Below, in pieces: positions 10,182 through 20,562 of a stretch of 64,000 nt of DNA (its first letter is position 1; each line of letters starts with the position of its first letter). A model generated the notes under the pieces. It worked only from the letters and a program-made list of their open reading frames with translations. It was not told the DNA's origin and ran no database searches. The DNA is from Truepera sp. (GTDB lineage Bacteria > Deinococcota > Deinococci > Deinococcales > Trueperaceae): positions 192,001 to 256,000 of the forward strand of contig CBDCKW010000005.1 in NCBI GenBank assembly GCA_965218435.1, read 5' to 3'. Made by a program: the position numbers and the translations under genes.

Positions 10182-10931
10182 TTATAGCAGCGGCCGTCCT
10201 CCGTCAACTGGTATCACGCAGCCTGTAGAGAAGGTCAAGCTGCTCGCCACCGCTAAAACCGCTCGCGCTACGTCGTCGGCTTTAGCGACGCGCCCGAGTG
10301 GTGACTTTCGGATTTGCTCTTCGATCATCTCAGACGGCATCCGGTTAGCGTACTCGCCCAGCACCCATCCCGGCGCGACCGAAACTACCCGGATGTCGGG
10401 GGCGAGTACTCTCGCCAGCGAGCGCGTCACTGAGTCGAGCGCGGCTTTAGAAGCGCAGTAGGCCACGTTGCTACCTACCCCAGTGCGTCCGGCGATCGAT
10501 GAAATGTTGACGATGAGTCCGTCGTTAGATCGATACAGCAAATCTTTGAACGCCCGCACCGTTGCCAGCGCGCCCCGCACATTCACACGAAAAATAGTGT
10601 CGATAAGCTCATCGTTCAGACTTTCTAGGTCGTCATGCGGTACGGGCTGAGTAATACCAGCGTTGTTGACCAAGATATCGAGCTTGCCATAACGCGCTTT
10701 GACCTGCTCGGAGAGGGCGCTCAAGGTAGCACTGTCGTCTACAACGGCGTACGCGCTCAAATGGCCTTCGCCGTTCAAGCTTCCTGTCAACTGCTGCGCT
10801 TCGGCCTCGCTGCTACGGTAGGTCACTATGACCTGCGCTCCCGCTGTCGCAAGGTAACGGCATAGTACGGAGCCAATACCGCCAGTTGCCCCGGTAACGA
10901 GGGCAACTTTGTGCTCGAGGGGCGCAGTCAT
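10182..10931 (-). CDS. SDR family NAD(P)-dependent oxidoreductase
   Basis: TGATGGIG, NNAG and YCASK motifs. Confidence 0.93.
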   Translation of the reverse strand: MTAPLEHKVALVTGATGGIGSVLCRYLATAGAQVIVTYRSSEAEAQQLTGSLNGEGHLSAYAVVDDSATLSALSEQVKARYGKLDILVNNAGITQPVPHDDLESLNDELIDTIFRVNVRGALATVRAFKDLLYRSNDGLIVNISSIAGRTGVGSNVAYCASKAALDSVTRSLARVLAPDIRVVSVAPGWVLGEYANRMPSEMIEEQIRKSPLGRVAKADDVARAVLAVASSLTFSTGCVIPVDGGRPLL

Positions 10932-11027
10932 AAGGTAGGCAAAAGAGTTGGGAGGGCAAAGGGTGAGACAGTCAACTTGGGAGCACTTATCCCTTTGCTC
11001 TCTTTCTCGCTTACGCTTCTTCTCTCC

Positions 11028-12311
11028 CTAAATCTCACGCTGCCCGCCGTACCGCTCTACCCGTAATGTCGCCTGCCGCTTATGACCCATAAACCCTTCG
11101 ATGTCGCAAATCTTCTCGCAGTTCTGACCAATAAGCACGCTCGCTTCTGGGGTACACCGTTGGTAAGTGACCGTTTTCAAAAACTTGCCGACCCATAGCC
11201 CGCCCGTATAACGGGCAGCTTTGTTCGTTGGCAAAATGTGGTTGGTACCGCTGGCTTTATCACCGTAAGCGACGTTCGTTTCGGTACCCAAGAAGAGAGA
11301 ACCGTAGTTGGTCAGATGCGTTAAGAAGTAGTTAGGGTCTCTAGTTAATACCTCGACATGCTCGCTGGCGAGGCGGTTGGCTTCTTGCACGAGTTCTTCA
11401 TCGGTGTCGACCAAGATAATTTGGCCGTAGTCTTGCCAGGCTTGTCCGGCAACGTCGGCTGTTGGGAGCGTTTTGAGCTGACGCTCGATCTCCGTTTGGA
11501 TGGCGTTCGCCAGGGCTTTGCTGCTCGTTAAAAGAACGGCGGGCGAGTTCGGGCCATGCTCGGCTTGACCTAAAAGGTCGGTAGCGACCATCTCCGCGTC
11601 GGCACTTTCGTCGGCGATTACTAGAATCTCGGTCGGCCCAGCTAGAAGATCTATTCCTACACGCCCGAAAAGTTGCCGCTTCGCCTCGGCGACGAAAGCG
11701 TTGCCAGGGCCGACTAGAAAGTCAACGGGATCGATGGTCTCGGTACCTAGCGCCATTGCTGCGAGTGCCTGCACCCCGCCTAGGACATAGATTTCGTCGG
11801 CTCCGGCAAGCGCCATCGTGGCCACGGTAGCGGGGTAAAGCTTGCCGGCTTTTGGCGGGGTACACGCGACGACGCGCGCTACACCAGCGGCTTTGGCGGT
11901 TGCAACGCTCATGATAGCCGACGCCACCATCGGGTAACGACCACCAGGAACGTAGCAGCCCACCGCGTTCACAGGGATATTTTTGTGACCCAAGGTGACG
12001 CCGGGGTAGGTTTCGACCTCGAGGTCTCGAATTGATGCTCGTTGCGCCTTAGCAAAGGTGCGTACCTGCTCCAGAGAGAATTTGATCGCTGCTAGCTCGT
12101 TTTCTGAAACTTGTGTTATCGCCGCGTCAATTTCTTGTTGCGACAAGCGGAAGCTATGCGGCGTATAAGCGTCGAACTTTTCCGATAGGTCATATACCGC
12201 TGCGTCACCGCGTTCTTTAACGTCCTTGAGGAGCGCTTTGACCTTTTCTTGCACCTCGTCGCTAAGTTGCTCAAGCGCGTCTGCGTCCATCCCTCTTTTA
12301 ACGTACCTCAC
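11028..12311 (-). CDS. Histidinol dehydrogenase paralogue (HpsN/sulfopropanediol dehydrogenase-like)
   Basis: [44 protein letters not shown] rather than the GDY of canonical HisD; no his operon context. Confidence 0.85.
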   Translation of the reverse strand: MRYVKRGMDADALEQLSDEVQEKVKALLKDVKERGDAAVYDLSEKFDAYTPHSFRLSQQEIDAAITQVSENELAAIKFSLEQVRTFAKAQRASIRDLEVETYPGVTLGHKNIPVNAVGCYVPGGRYPMVASAIMSVATAKAAGVARVVACTPPKAGKLYPATVATMALAGADEIYVLGGVQALAAMALGTETIDPVDFLVGPGNAFVAEAKRQLFGRVGIDLLAGPTEILVIADESADAEMVATDLLGQAEHGPNSPAVLLTSSKALANAIQTEIERQLKTLPTADVAGQAWQDYGQIILVDTDEELVQEANRLASEHVEVLTRDPNYFLTHLTNYGSLFLGTETNVAYGDKASGTNHILPTNKAARYTGGLWVGKFLKTVTYQRCTPEASVLIGQNCEKICDIEGFMGHKRQATLRVERYGGQREI

Positions 12312-12879
12312 TGTGTTACCTCCTTAAAGGTTAGGTATTAACGAAACTTGTCGACCTCGAGTACCAGCGGTACAGAAGCCGAGAGTAGGACTTGAAGATA
12401 TACCCATCGTAACCGGGTTTCGGAGCCAGTCTACCCAAAGCGAATACCTTACCGTTTGCAAGGCCGAATAAAGCGACCAGTCACGCGATCAGAAAACAGT
12501 ACGTGAGTTAAATCTGCTTACATCTCTTTCTTACCTCCATTGTCTTGGCAATCAATTTTCTCGAGCGACCTTACTCAAGTGTTTGATCGACCTTTCATAT
12601 GCTTGACGTGCCGTCCTCAATATGCTAACTTTATCGAGAACAATTTTGTTATTTGTTGTTACATTTTGGTCACAAGTTGTGGCTTTTTGTCTCGATCTTG
12701 CATAAAGCCGAACCGCTTTACATCTGTAGAGTGTTTGAGGAGTTGAAATATGCCGAGATAGAACGCAATACCTAGTCGCTGTTTGGTGTATGTATAATCT
12801 ATAAACCCAAACACACGTAAACCTGGATATGTAATAAGCTGTCTGCCTTGCGAAAGTTTCTAGCCTGGCTGGGCGTCGC

Positions 12880-14199
12880 TTGACGAAAGGGAAAAGTATG
12901 ATGCAAAAGATTCTGTCCCAGTATATGTTAGTCGTTTTGGGTTTTATTTATCTTCAACCGCTTGTTCTGGCCCAAGACGCTTTGGGGGACATTACCCCGA
13001 CGGATGAGAACGTAACCTTGCGCTTTTCCATGCTGCAAGACCCCGGCGAGGAGGGGAACGTCCAAAAGTTTATCGACGCTTTCAATGAAAAGTACCCGAA
13101 TATCAAGGTGGTGCTCGAACCTATCAGCGGTGAATACGAACAGCGCCTCATCTTGCAGGCGGCCTCACGTACTCTGCCCGACCTCTTCTGGGCTTCCGAC
13201 CAGGGCGTGCAGGTACTGGGCGATAAGAACCTGATGCTCGACCTAGACCCTTACATCGCCGCGTCGGGTCTCGATACGAGTAACTTCTATCAGTCGATGC
13301 TCGACCTCGGCAAAGTGAATGGTACCCAGTACATGCTGCCGCGCGACTACAATCATCTGGTAACTTTTTATAACGCCGATATGTTCAAAGAGGCCGGGGT
13401 TCCGCTCCCCAAGGACGGCTGGACGTGGCAAGAATTCGTAGACGCAGCCAAGGCTCTTACTAAAAAAGATGCGAAGGGTGCAACCACGCAGTACGGCGTC
13501 GACGGCAGCAACTTCAACTGGTGGGCTATCGTCGTTCCGGCTATTCGTGGTTTCGGCGGTGAGGTGGTGACTGAAGACGGTGAAATCGTCGTCGATTCGC
13601 CCGAGGCGGCGGCGGGCGTCGAAGCGCTCTACAAGCTTGTACAAGAGGGTGTAGCGACCAACTTTGCCGAAAGTGACCCGGAAACCTTCATCAACGGGCA
13701 GACCGCGATGTGGTTTCATGTACGCCCCTTGGTACAAGTCGTTAACGAAAACGCAGAGGGCAAGTTCGACTGGAACGTCGCTACTTTTCCGGCGTTCCCC
13801 AACGAGCACCGCGTCGGTACCGGTACGAGTGGCTACGGCATCTATGCGGGTACCGAGCACCCCAACGAAGCCTGGGCGCTCCTCAACTTTATCGTGAGCG
13901 AAGAAGGCCAGCGCATCTTCAGCAGCACGGGTAACGCTGTCCCCGTGCTCAAGTCTTTAGCCGATGACCCGGTATGGACGAGCGTACCCAAAGAAGGCCT
14001 CGACTACGAGGCGTTTACGCTCTACCCAGAAGCGGATACCCTGCCGCTCGAGCCGCGCCTCCCCGCCGGAGCCGCTGGAGCCGTCAATACCGCCAGAGAT
14101 ACCCTGATGGAAAGCGTCATGCTCGGCACCACCACCCCCGCAGAGATGGTCTCGAGCTGGGCAGAAGAGATTCAGCAGGCCGTTCAGCAGGCACAGTAA
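12880..14199 (+). CDS. Carbohydrate ABC transporter substrate-binding protein (CUT1); start may be 12898
   Basis: Signal peptide ending LAQ, FNEKYPNIKV, FYNADMFKEAG, WTWQEF. Confidence 0.92.
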   Translation: MTKGKSMMQKILSQYMLVVLGFIYLQPLVLAQDALGDITPTDENVTLRFSMLQDPGEEGNVQKFIDAFNEKYPNIKVVLEPISGEYEQRLILQAASRTLPDLFWASDQGVQVLGDKNLMLDLDPYIAASGLDTSNFYQSMLDLGKVNGTQYMLPRDYNHLVTFYNADMFKEAGVPLPKDGWTWQEFVDAAKALTKKDAKGATTQYGVDGSNFNWWAIVVPAIRGFGGEVVTEDGEIVVDSPEAAAGVEALYKLVQEGVATNFAESDPETFINGQTAMWFHVRPLVQVVNENAEGKFDWNVATFPAFPNEHRVGTGTSGYGIYAGTEHPNEAWALLNFIVSEEGQRIFSSTGNAVPVLKSLADDPVWTSVPKEGLDYEAFTLYPEADTLPLEPRLPAGAAGAVNTARDTLMESVMLGTTTPAEMVSSWAEEIQQAVQQAQ

Positions 14200-14209
14200 G
14201 GGGTAGGCA

Positions 14210-15121
14210 GTGGTCGATGAGCGCAATCGTTCGCTACCCTCGAGGCGAAAGGTGCAGGGTTGGTTGACCGGTTATCTGTTCGTACTACCGGTCATCCTCG
14301 GCCTCGTTTTTTTCACCATGGGGCCGATGCTCCTGTCGCTCTATTACAGCTTTACGAGTTACGACATCCTTTCGCCGCCGAAGTGGACGGGTCTGGAAAA
14401 CTTTCGCAGGCTGTTCGCAGACGACACCTTCTGGATCAGCCTGCGCGTTACCTTTCGTTACGCGCTTATTTCGGTACCGCTCAGTCTGATCTTGTCGGGC
14501 CTGCTGTCGATCTTGCTCCTCCGCCCTTTGCGCGGAATTTCTATCTACCGGGCGATTTTTTATATCCCCGTGGTAGTACCGCCGGTCGCCACCGCCATCC
14601 TCTTCGCCGACCTGTACAGCGTGCGCTACGGGATCGCCAACTACCTGTTACGTTCGCTCGGGCTCCCCGAATACACCTGGGTAAGCCGTCCGGAAACGGC
14701 GCTGAACGCCCTTATCGTCATGAGTCTGTGGGGTATCGGGGCAAGCACGATTATCTGGCTTGCCGGGCTGCAGTCGATTCCCGGCAGCCTCTACGACGCC
14801 GCCAAGGTGGACGGGGCGAGTCCTCTCAGGCGCTTCTGGCACGTCACGGTGCCGATGCTCACCCCGGTTATCTTTTTCAACCTGGTGATTGGGGTGATTA
14901 CCAGTTTGCAGACCTTTATTCAGGTCTTTGTGCTCACCGCCGGTGGGCCAGCGAACTCAACGCTTTTTATCGTGCTCAAAATCTACCAGGAGGGCTTTCA
15001 AAACTTTCAGATGGGCTACGCCTCGGCTATCGCCTGGGTGTTCTTCGTGATTATCTTGCTGCTGACGGTGCTCATTTTCCGTACCAGCGGCTGGGTTTAT
15101 TACGAGGGTGAGACACGCTGA
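14210..15121 (+). CDS. Carbohydrate ABC transporter permease
   Basis: TM segments and EAA-loop LYDAAKVDGA. Confidence 0.93.
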   Translation: MVDERNRSLPSRRKVQGWLTGYLFVLPVILGLVFFTMGPMLLSLYYSFTSYDILSPPKWTGLENFRRLFADDTFWISLRVTFRYALISVPLSLILSGLLSILLLRPLRGISIYRAIFYIPVVVPPVATAILFADLYSVRYGIANYLLRSLGLPEYTWVSRPETALNALIVMSLWGIGASTIIWLAGLQSIPGSLYDAAKVDGASPLRRFWHVTVPMLTPVIFFNLVIGVITSLQTFIQVFVLTAGGPANSTLFIVLKIYQEGFQNFQMGYASAIAWVFFVIILLLTVLIFRTSGWVYYEGETR

Positions 15122-16005
15122 TGGCGACGGCAACGTCCGGCACGCTGACCGGCAACCGCTGGAGTTCGATGAGCGGGCAAAAGCGGCTTTCGGCGATCCT
15201 CATCTACGTTGCGCTCACAGCGCTGGCTTTGGTCTTTTTGTTTCCGCTTTTTTACCTAATGTCGCGCTCGCTCATGAGCCCCGGCGAGATCAATACGCTG
15301 CCGCCCAAAGTGCTGCCTGAAACGCCGCAGTGGTCGAACTACTCGGTGGCGTGGAACCGCGCCCCGTTCTGGCGGTTTTTGTTTAACAGCGCTGTTATCG
15401 TCGGTTTGCAAGTGATCGGTACGGTCTCGTCGGCGGCTCTGTGCGGCTATGGGTTTGCCAGACTCAGGTTTCCGGGACGCAATGTGCTCTTTATCCTTGT
15501 CCTCGCCACGCTCATGCTACCGAGCACGGTGACGCTCATTCCGCTCTACATCATCTTTGCCAATGTAGGCTGGCTCAATACCTTTTTGCCGCTTACGGTA
15601 CCTGCTTTTTTCGGCGGCGGGGCGTTCAACATCTTTTTGTTCCGCCAGTTCTTTATGACCTTGCCCGTCGAACTCGACGAGGCTGCCATTATCGACGGAG
15701 CCAACCGCTGGCAGATTTTCACCCGCATCATCATGCCCCTGAGTGTCTCGCCCGTCGTGGTAGTCAGCACCCTAACTTTTCTCGCGGGTTGGACTGACCT
15801 CTTTGGCCCAATCATCTTTTTAGTAACACCTGAAAAGTGGACGCTCGCACAGGGACTCAACAACATTTTTCAAGGCTTTTACGGGCAGCCTCAAGTGCAG
15901 TACGTGGCGGCCCTGTCGCTCCTGCTGGTCATCCCGCCGCTGGCACTCTACGCCTTTGTGCAGCGCTATCTGCTCGAGGGCATCGCGCTAACAGGTGTGA
16001 AGTAG
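15121..16005 (+). CDS. Carbohydrate ABC transporter permease
   Basis: ELDEAAIIDGA motif; C-terminal GIALTGVK. Confidence 0.93.
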   Translation: MATATSGTLTGNRWSSMSGQKRLSAILIYVALTALALVFLFPLFYLMSRSLMSPGEINTLPPKVLPETPQWSNYSVAWNRAPFWRFLFNSAVIVGLQVIGTVSSAALCGYGFARLRFPGRNVLFILVLATLMLPSTVTLIPLYIIFANVGWLNTFLPLTVPAFFGGGAFNIFLFRQFFMTLPVELDEAAIIDGANRWQIFTRIIMPLSVSPVVVVSTLTFLAGWTDLFGPIIFLVTPEKWTLAQGLNNIFQGFYGQPQVQYVAALSLLLVIPPLALYAFVQRYLLEGIALTGVK

Positions 16006-16199
16006 GTTTTGGTGACGTTTTAACCTAGCTACCGTAAGGTTTGCGGGCTGGAGGGGAGAAGTAGAAAGCGAGGGGTAACGAGACTGCAGAGCGCAGGTTT
16101 TTAGGCTCACCACACGGTTAAAGCTGTCACAGACGGCAAACGTCAACACAGCCTGATAGCTGATGATTCTACACAATTTAAAAGTAAAATGACTGAAAG

Positions 16200-16997
16200 T
16201 TGTCTGGAAGGACGAGATTGTTACGGTTTGCTTACAGCACCCTGAACTGGGGAGAAACATATCCTCTAGAGGATATGTTTGCAGAGATTCACCAGGTCGG
16301 CTGGCAGGCGGTCGAAATGTTTGCGCAGCCGCTGAACTGGTTGGGACCCGTGGCGCACTGTCGGAGTCAGCTCGAGCGCGCGAATCTAACCGCAGCAACG
16401 TTTTTCGGCTCAGCCGGTTTACCGACGGACGCAACGCAGTTCACGGTGCAGCAGCGCCGTATCGACTACGCCGCCGAGTTGGGCGCTGAGGCTTACGGTC
16501 TCGTCGGGGGGAGCCGCTTGCGCTGGCGTCCTCCTACCGCCAAAGAGTACAAAGACCTGGCCCGGTTTTGTGAAGCTTTGGCAGTGTACGGGGCCGAGCA
16601 AGGTGTCGTCGTCTCGTACCACCCGCACGTCGCCTGCACCGTAGAAACCGAAGAGGAAATCGACACGCTTATGACGCAGACGCAGCGGCTCAAACTTTGT
16701 CTAGACGTTTCACACATCGCTCTGGTCGAAGAAGACCCGCTGAAGCATCTTGAAAAGTACCGCGACCGTATCGGCTACCTGCACCTGAAAGACTGGGCGA
16801 AGGGCAAGTTTGTCGAGCTGGGTGAAGGGAGTTTGGGTATCAACTTTTCTGCGTTTCTAAAACAGCTTGACGCGCAGCAGTATCCGGGCTGGGTGGTTGT
16901 AGAGCAGAGCCGCAGCGACGTTTCACCGCTGCGCAGCGCAAAGGTCAATGCCGACTATCTGCGCGGTTTGGGCTATTCATTGGGCGTAAATCCATGA
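16200..16997 (+). CDS. Sugar phosphate isomerase/epimerase, xylose-isomerase-like TIM barrel (IolE-like)
   Basis: YHPH, LDVSH, YLHLKD, ELGEG, VVEQ motifs. Confidence 0.85.
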   Translation: MSGRTRLLRFAYSTLNWGETYPLEDMFAEIHQVGWQAVEMFAQPLNWLGPVAHCRSQLERANLTAATFFGSAGLPTDATQFTVQQRRIDYAAELGAEAYGLVGGSRLRWRPPTAKEYKDLARFCEALAVYGAEQGVVVSYHPHVACTVETEEEIDTLMTQTQRLKLCLDVSHIALVEEDPLKHLEKYRDRIGYLHLKDWAKGKFVELGEGSLGINFSAFLKQLDAQQYPGWVVVEQSRSDVSPLRSAKVNADYLRGLGYSLGVNP

Positions 16998-18208
16998 CTT
17001 TGGCGCTCGGTTTATGCGGCTGCGGGGGCATGGCGCGGCGTCACCTGCTGGGACTCAAGAAATTGCACGACATAGGCAGGCTCGAGTTCGAACTTATCGG
17101 CGTCGGCGACCCGGTGCAGGGACAGGGGGAAGGTGTCGCTGACCTAGCTCATGACCTGTTCGGGCGTCGCCCCCAAGTTTTTGCTAGTTTTGCCGACCTG
17201 CACCGCGCCCTGCCGCACCTGGACGCGCTCGATATCACAAGTTCGCCCGACACGCACGTCCTTATCGGGCTCGAGGCGTTCGCGGTGGGCGTTCACGTCA
17301 TGGTGGAAAAACCTATTGCCCTGACGGTTCCGCAAGGTCTACAACTCGTTCGAGCTACCGCCGACGCCGGATGCAAATTAGCCGTCGCTGAGAACTACCG
17401 CCGTGACCCTATCAACCGCCTCGCCAAGGCTCTCATCGAAGGGGATACATTAGGGCAGGTGTTTTTAGCCGTCCAAGCCTCATCAGGAGGCGGTGAACGA
17501 GTCGTCATCACGCCCTGGCGACATCAGAAAGAAACTGGCGGCATCGTGCTCGATATGGGCGTGCATTACACGGACTTGCTCGAGTTCTATCTCGGTCCTA
17601 TCGGGAGCGTGGTGGGTATGAACCGGACGGTCGACCAGCGCCGCGTAGATGCGAACGGCAGCTGGTACGCCGTCAGCGCCGAAGACCTCACGGTCGGCGT
17701 CGCGCGCTTTGAAAGCGGCGCGATTGCCAATCTGCTGCTCAACCTTGCGGGGCGCGGTGAACAACAGTTCAGCCGGATGATGTACGGCACGGGCGGGTCC
17801 TTGAGCATTCCACCCGACCGCACCGGCAAACCCTTAAAACTGGTACAACGCCGTGAAGGTCGAGATGTGGTGCTCACGGAGGAAGAGCAACTCGCCCTCA
17901 TCCCGGATTTCACGCTCGATGAGGCGACAGCGGCGCTGTTCGGCGGCGCACGGCTGACCTCCTACACCTTGCCTTGGAGCGACATCGACGCCAACCTGCT
18001 CGCCGTAGAGTACGACGATTTCGCACAGGCAATCCTTACAAACCGCGAGCCCGAAGTTTCGGGACAAGACGGGCTGCGCTCGCTCGCGCTGATGTACGGC
18101 TTTCTCGAGTCCGAACGACTCGAGCGCTTTATGCACATCGAAGAACTGCTGAGCCCCGAACCGCTTCCCTATCAACAAGAAGTTCTCGCTGCACGGAAGG
18201 CTCACTGA
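16994..18208 (+). CDS. Gfo/Idh/MocA family oxidoreductase
   Basis: GCGGMA, EKPIA and DMGVHYTD motifs. Confidence 0.92.
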   Translation: MTLALGLCGCGGMARRHLLGLKKLHDIGRLEFELIGVGDPVQGQGEGVADLAHDLFGRRPQVFASFADLHRALPHLDALDITSSPDTHVLIGLEAFAVGVHVMVEKPIALTVPQGLQLVRATADAGCKLAVAENYRRDPINRLAKALIEGDTLGQVFLAVQASSGGGERVVITPWRHQKETGGIVLDMGVHYTDLLEFYLGPIGSVVGMNRTVDQRRVDANGSWYAVSAEDLTVGVARFESGAIANLLLNLAGRGEQQFSRMMYGTGGSLSIPPDRTGKPLKLVQRREGRDVVLTEEEQLALIPDFTLDEATAALFGGARLTSYTLPWSDIDANLLAVEYDDFAQAILTNREPEVSGQDGLRSLALMYGFLESERLERFMHIEELLSPEPLPYQQEVLAARKAH

Positions 18209-19146
18209 TGTTGCCCTGGACTGACCTTATGGATTTCGGCGTCGTACACCCTCTCGTTTATCTGGAAACCCGCAGCGACGAAAGCAAGCTGCTAGGCTCG
18301 CTGCACGCCGTCGCCGCCGACCCCTGGTTCGGCGCGGTTGAAATCGCCCCGATTGAGAATCCTGCTATTGCTCGGGAGACTCGAGCCCTCCTCAGCGCCG
18401 CTGCCGTGCAGGTTGTTCACCTCCCTATCCTGCCCATTATTTTCGACAACCTCGGGTTGGGAAGCGAAGACGACAGCGCCAGGCGAGAGGCCAAGGCGCG
18501 GCTCAAAATACTTCTCGACCAGGCAATTTTTTTCGGTGCGCCCCTCGCCATGATTGCCGCACCTAAAGACCCCGGTGAAAAGGCTAGAGAGGCTACGCTC
18601 GAGCGGTTCACTCAGGACGTGCAAGACCTCTGCGACTACGCCGACGCGAACTCGAACACGCAGCGCCTCCACCTCGTTCTTGAAAACTTCGACCGGGACG
18701 TGGAGAAAAAGCGGCTCATCGGCCCCACCACCGAGGCTGCCGCGTTTGCCGATGCGGTCGCGCGCGACAATTTCGGCCTAACGATTGACCTCAGCCATTT
18801 GCCGCTGCTCAAGGAAACACCCGCAGAGGCGCTTCGCGCGGCAGCCTCTCACCTGCTCCACGTCCATATCGGTAACTGCGTCGCGGCGCATCCCGAGAGC
18901 CCGCTTTACGGCGATTTTCATCCGCGTTTCGGTCATCCCCTAGGCGTCAACGACGTGCCGGAAGTGACGGCTTTTTTGGACGAATTGCACACGCTCGACT
19001 TTTGGACTCGCGCCCGTAAACGTTTGGGCGTGACGCCCATCCTTTCAATGGAACTCAAACCCAGCGACGGGGAGAGCAGTGAGGTCATCCTCGCCAACGG
19101 CAAACGTGTGTTCGCTCGAGCCTGGGCACACTCGAGCCGAAACTGA
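18208..19146 (+). CDS. Sugar phosphate isomerase/epimerase TIM-barrel protein
   Basis: ATG at 18208 overlaps the upstream TGA (ORF-track start is too long); LENFD, DLSHLP, HVHIGNC, DFHPRFG, SMELKP. Confidence 0.82.
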   Translation: MLPWTDLMDFGVVHPLVYLETRSDESKLLGSLHAVAADPWFGAVEIAPIENPAIARETRALLSAAAVQVVHLPILPIIFDNLGLGSEDDSARREAKARLKILLDQAIFFGAPLAMIAAPKDPGEKAREATLERFTQDVQDLCDYADANSNTQRLHLVLENFDRDVEKKRLIGPTTEAAAFADAVARDNFGLTIDLSHLPLLKETPAEALRAAASHLLHVHIGNCVAAHPESPLYGDFHPRFGHPLGVNDVPEVTAFLDELHTLDFWTRARKRLGVTPILSMELKPSDGESSEVILANGKRVFARAWAHSSRN

Positions 19147-19156
19147 CGTGTAGCTG

Positions 19157-20209
19157 ATGAAAGTCGTCGTGTGGGACAACATCGGCAACGTCTTGTGGGG
19201 GATGCGCGCCTGGGACGAATGGAACGCGGTCAATCAGGCGCAGCTTTTGGCAGAAGACCCGGACGCTGCTGAAAAGGTCATGAGCTTGGCAGAGATGTTT
19301 AGAGACTATCCGCTCGAGCTATATGAGGTTCACACTGAAGACGAGCTGGCTGCCGCTCTCCCCGACGCAGGCGTACTCATCGTCCACAAAGAGACGGTGC
19401 CGCCGGAACTGCTCGAGCAGACCCGGCACTTGCGCCTGATTCAACACCTCGGTCAAGACTACCGGGGTATTCCTATAGAAACGGCTCTAGCCATGAACGT
19501 TCCGGTCGCCGCGACGCCGCTGGTCAACTATATCGCCGTAGCTGAACATACCTGGGCGCTTATCCTCAACCATCTCAAACGCCTTCCGGCGCAGCGAGGC
19601 GTGATGGCGGCTCGAGCTTACGAGGCGAATGGGCAGTGGAAGCAAGACCGCCTTGCCGGGTTGACGCTTGCTCGAGACCTCACATTGGGGTTACTCGGCT
19701 TCGGTGAAATCGCGCGGCCCATTGCCCGCGTCGCCCAGGCTTTCGATATGCGGACGCTCTACTGGGACATCCAGCGTTTTCCTGATTTGGAACGCGTTTA
19801 CGGCGTAACTTACGTCGACTGGGACTACCTTTTTTGCCGCTCGGACGTGCTGAGCGTGCAACTTGCCTTGAACGAGCAAACGCGCGGCATCGTCGGGGCG
19901 CGAGAATTTGCGCTGATGAAGCCTTCAGCTCTGTTCATCAACACTGCTCGGGGCAAACTGGTAGACCAGGACGCGCTCGTCCGAGCCTTGCAAGAAGAGC
20001 GTTTGGGCGGCGCGGCGCTCGACGTGTTTGCCGAAGAGCCTTTGCCCGTTGACGACCCCCTACACGCGCTTCACGACCTGAACGATAAGGTAACGCTCAC
20101 CCCGCACAGCGCCTGGCAGGGCCACTGGACGCACATCCGAGATTCGCAGACGCTCTGGCTCAATGTGCTCCGTTTGTTTAAGGGTGAGGCGCTCGAGTAC
20201 CTGGTTTAA
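19157..20209 (+). CDS. D-isomer-specific 2-hydroxyacid dehydrogenase
   Basis: GFGEIA, INTARG, LDVFAEEP and TPHSA motifs. Confidence 0.92.
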   Translation: MKVVVWDNIGNVLWGMRAWDEWNAVNQAQLLAEDPDAAEKVMSLAEMFRDYPLELYEVHTEDELAAALPDAGVLIVHKETVPPELLEQTRHLRLIQHLGQDYRGIPIETALAMNVPVAATPLVNYIAVAEHTWALILNHLKRLPAQRGVMAARAYEANGQWKQDRLAGLTLARDLTLGLLGFGEIARPIARVAQAFDMRTLYWDIQRFPDLERVYGVTYVDWDYLFCRSDVLSVQLALNEQTRGIVGAREFALMKPSALFINTARGKLVDQDALVRALQEERLGGAALDVFAEEPLPVDDPLHALHDLNDKVTLTPHSAWQGHWTHIRDSQTLWLNVLRLFKGEALEYLV

Positions 20210-20245
20210 GACGATAGGTTGTAAGACAAAAGTTGAGGAGAAGAT

Positions 20246-20539
20246 ATGGTTGTGTTGGTAGCGAAGTACCACGTCAAAAAGAGCAGAGGCGACGAAGTTG
20301 CGGCCGCGCTGAAACAAATGGCCCCGCTGGTCGAAGCCGACGAACCAGGTTGCACCCTCTACCACGTCTGCCGGTCAGCGGACGACCCGGATTTCTTTTT
20401 ACTCTATGAGCACTATACCGACGAGGCTGCCCTGGCTGCCCACCGGGATACATCCCATTTCAAAGAGATTATCGAAGGAACGATTATCCCTCTGCTCGAC
20501 AAGCGCGAGCGGGAATTTTACGAGCTGGTGGTCGATTAA
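20246..20539 (+). CDS. ABM/putative quinol monooxygenase (LsrG-like) protein
   Basis: EPGCTLY, LYEHYTDEAALAAHRDTSHF. Confidence 0.85.
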   Translation: MVVLVAKYHVKKSRGDEVAAALKQMAPLVEADEPGCTLYHVCRSADDPDFFLLYEHYTDEAALAAHRDTSHFKEIIEGTIIPLLDKREREFYELVVD

Positions 20540-20562
20540 GTGGAAAAGGTGAGTATGCCAAG

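Noticed and set aside
11028..12311. Calling this gene hisD
   Set aside because: The motif variant (GDK) and catabolic context favour a paralogue, so the symbol is withheld.
14260..15111. 283-aa ORF overlapping the permease in another frame
   Set aside because: Arg/Pro-rich shadow frame of a well-supported permease.
17974..18207. N-terminal extension of the 390-aa ORF
   Set aside because: It overlaps the upstream oxidoreductase; the coupled ATG at 18208 is the more plausible start.
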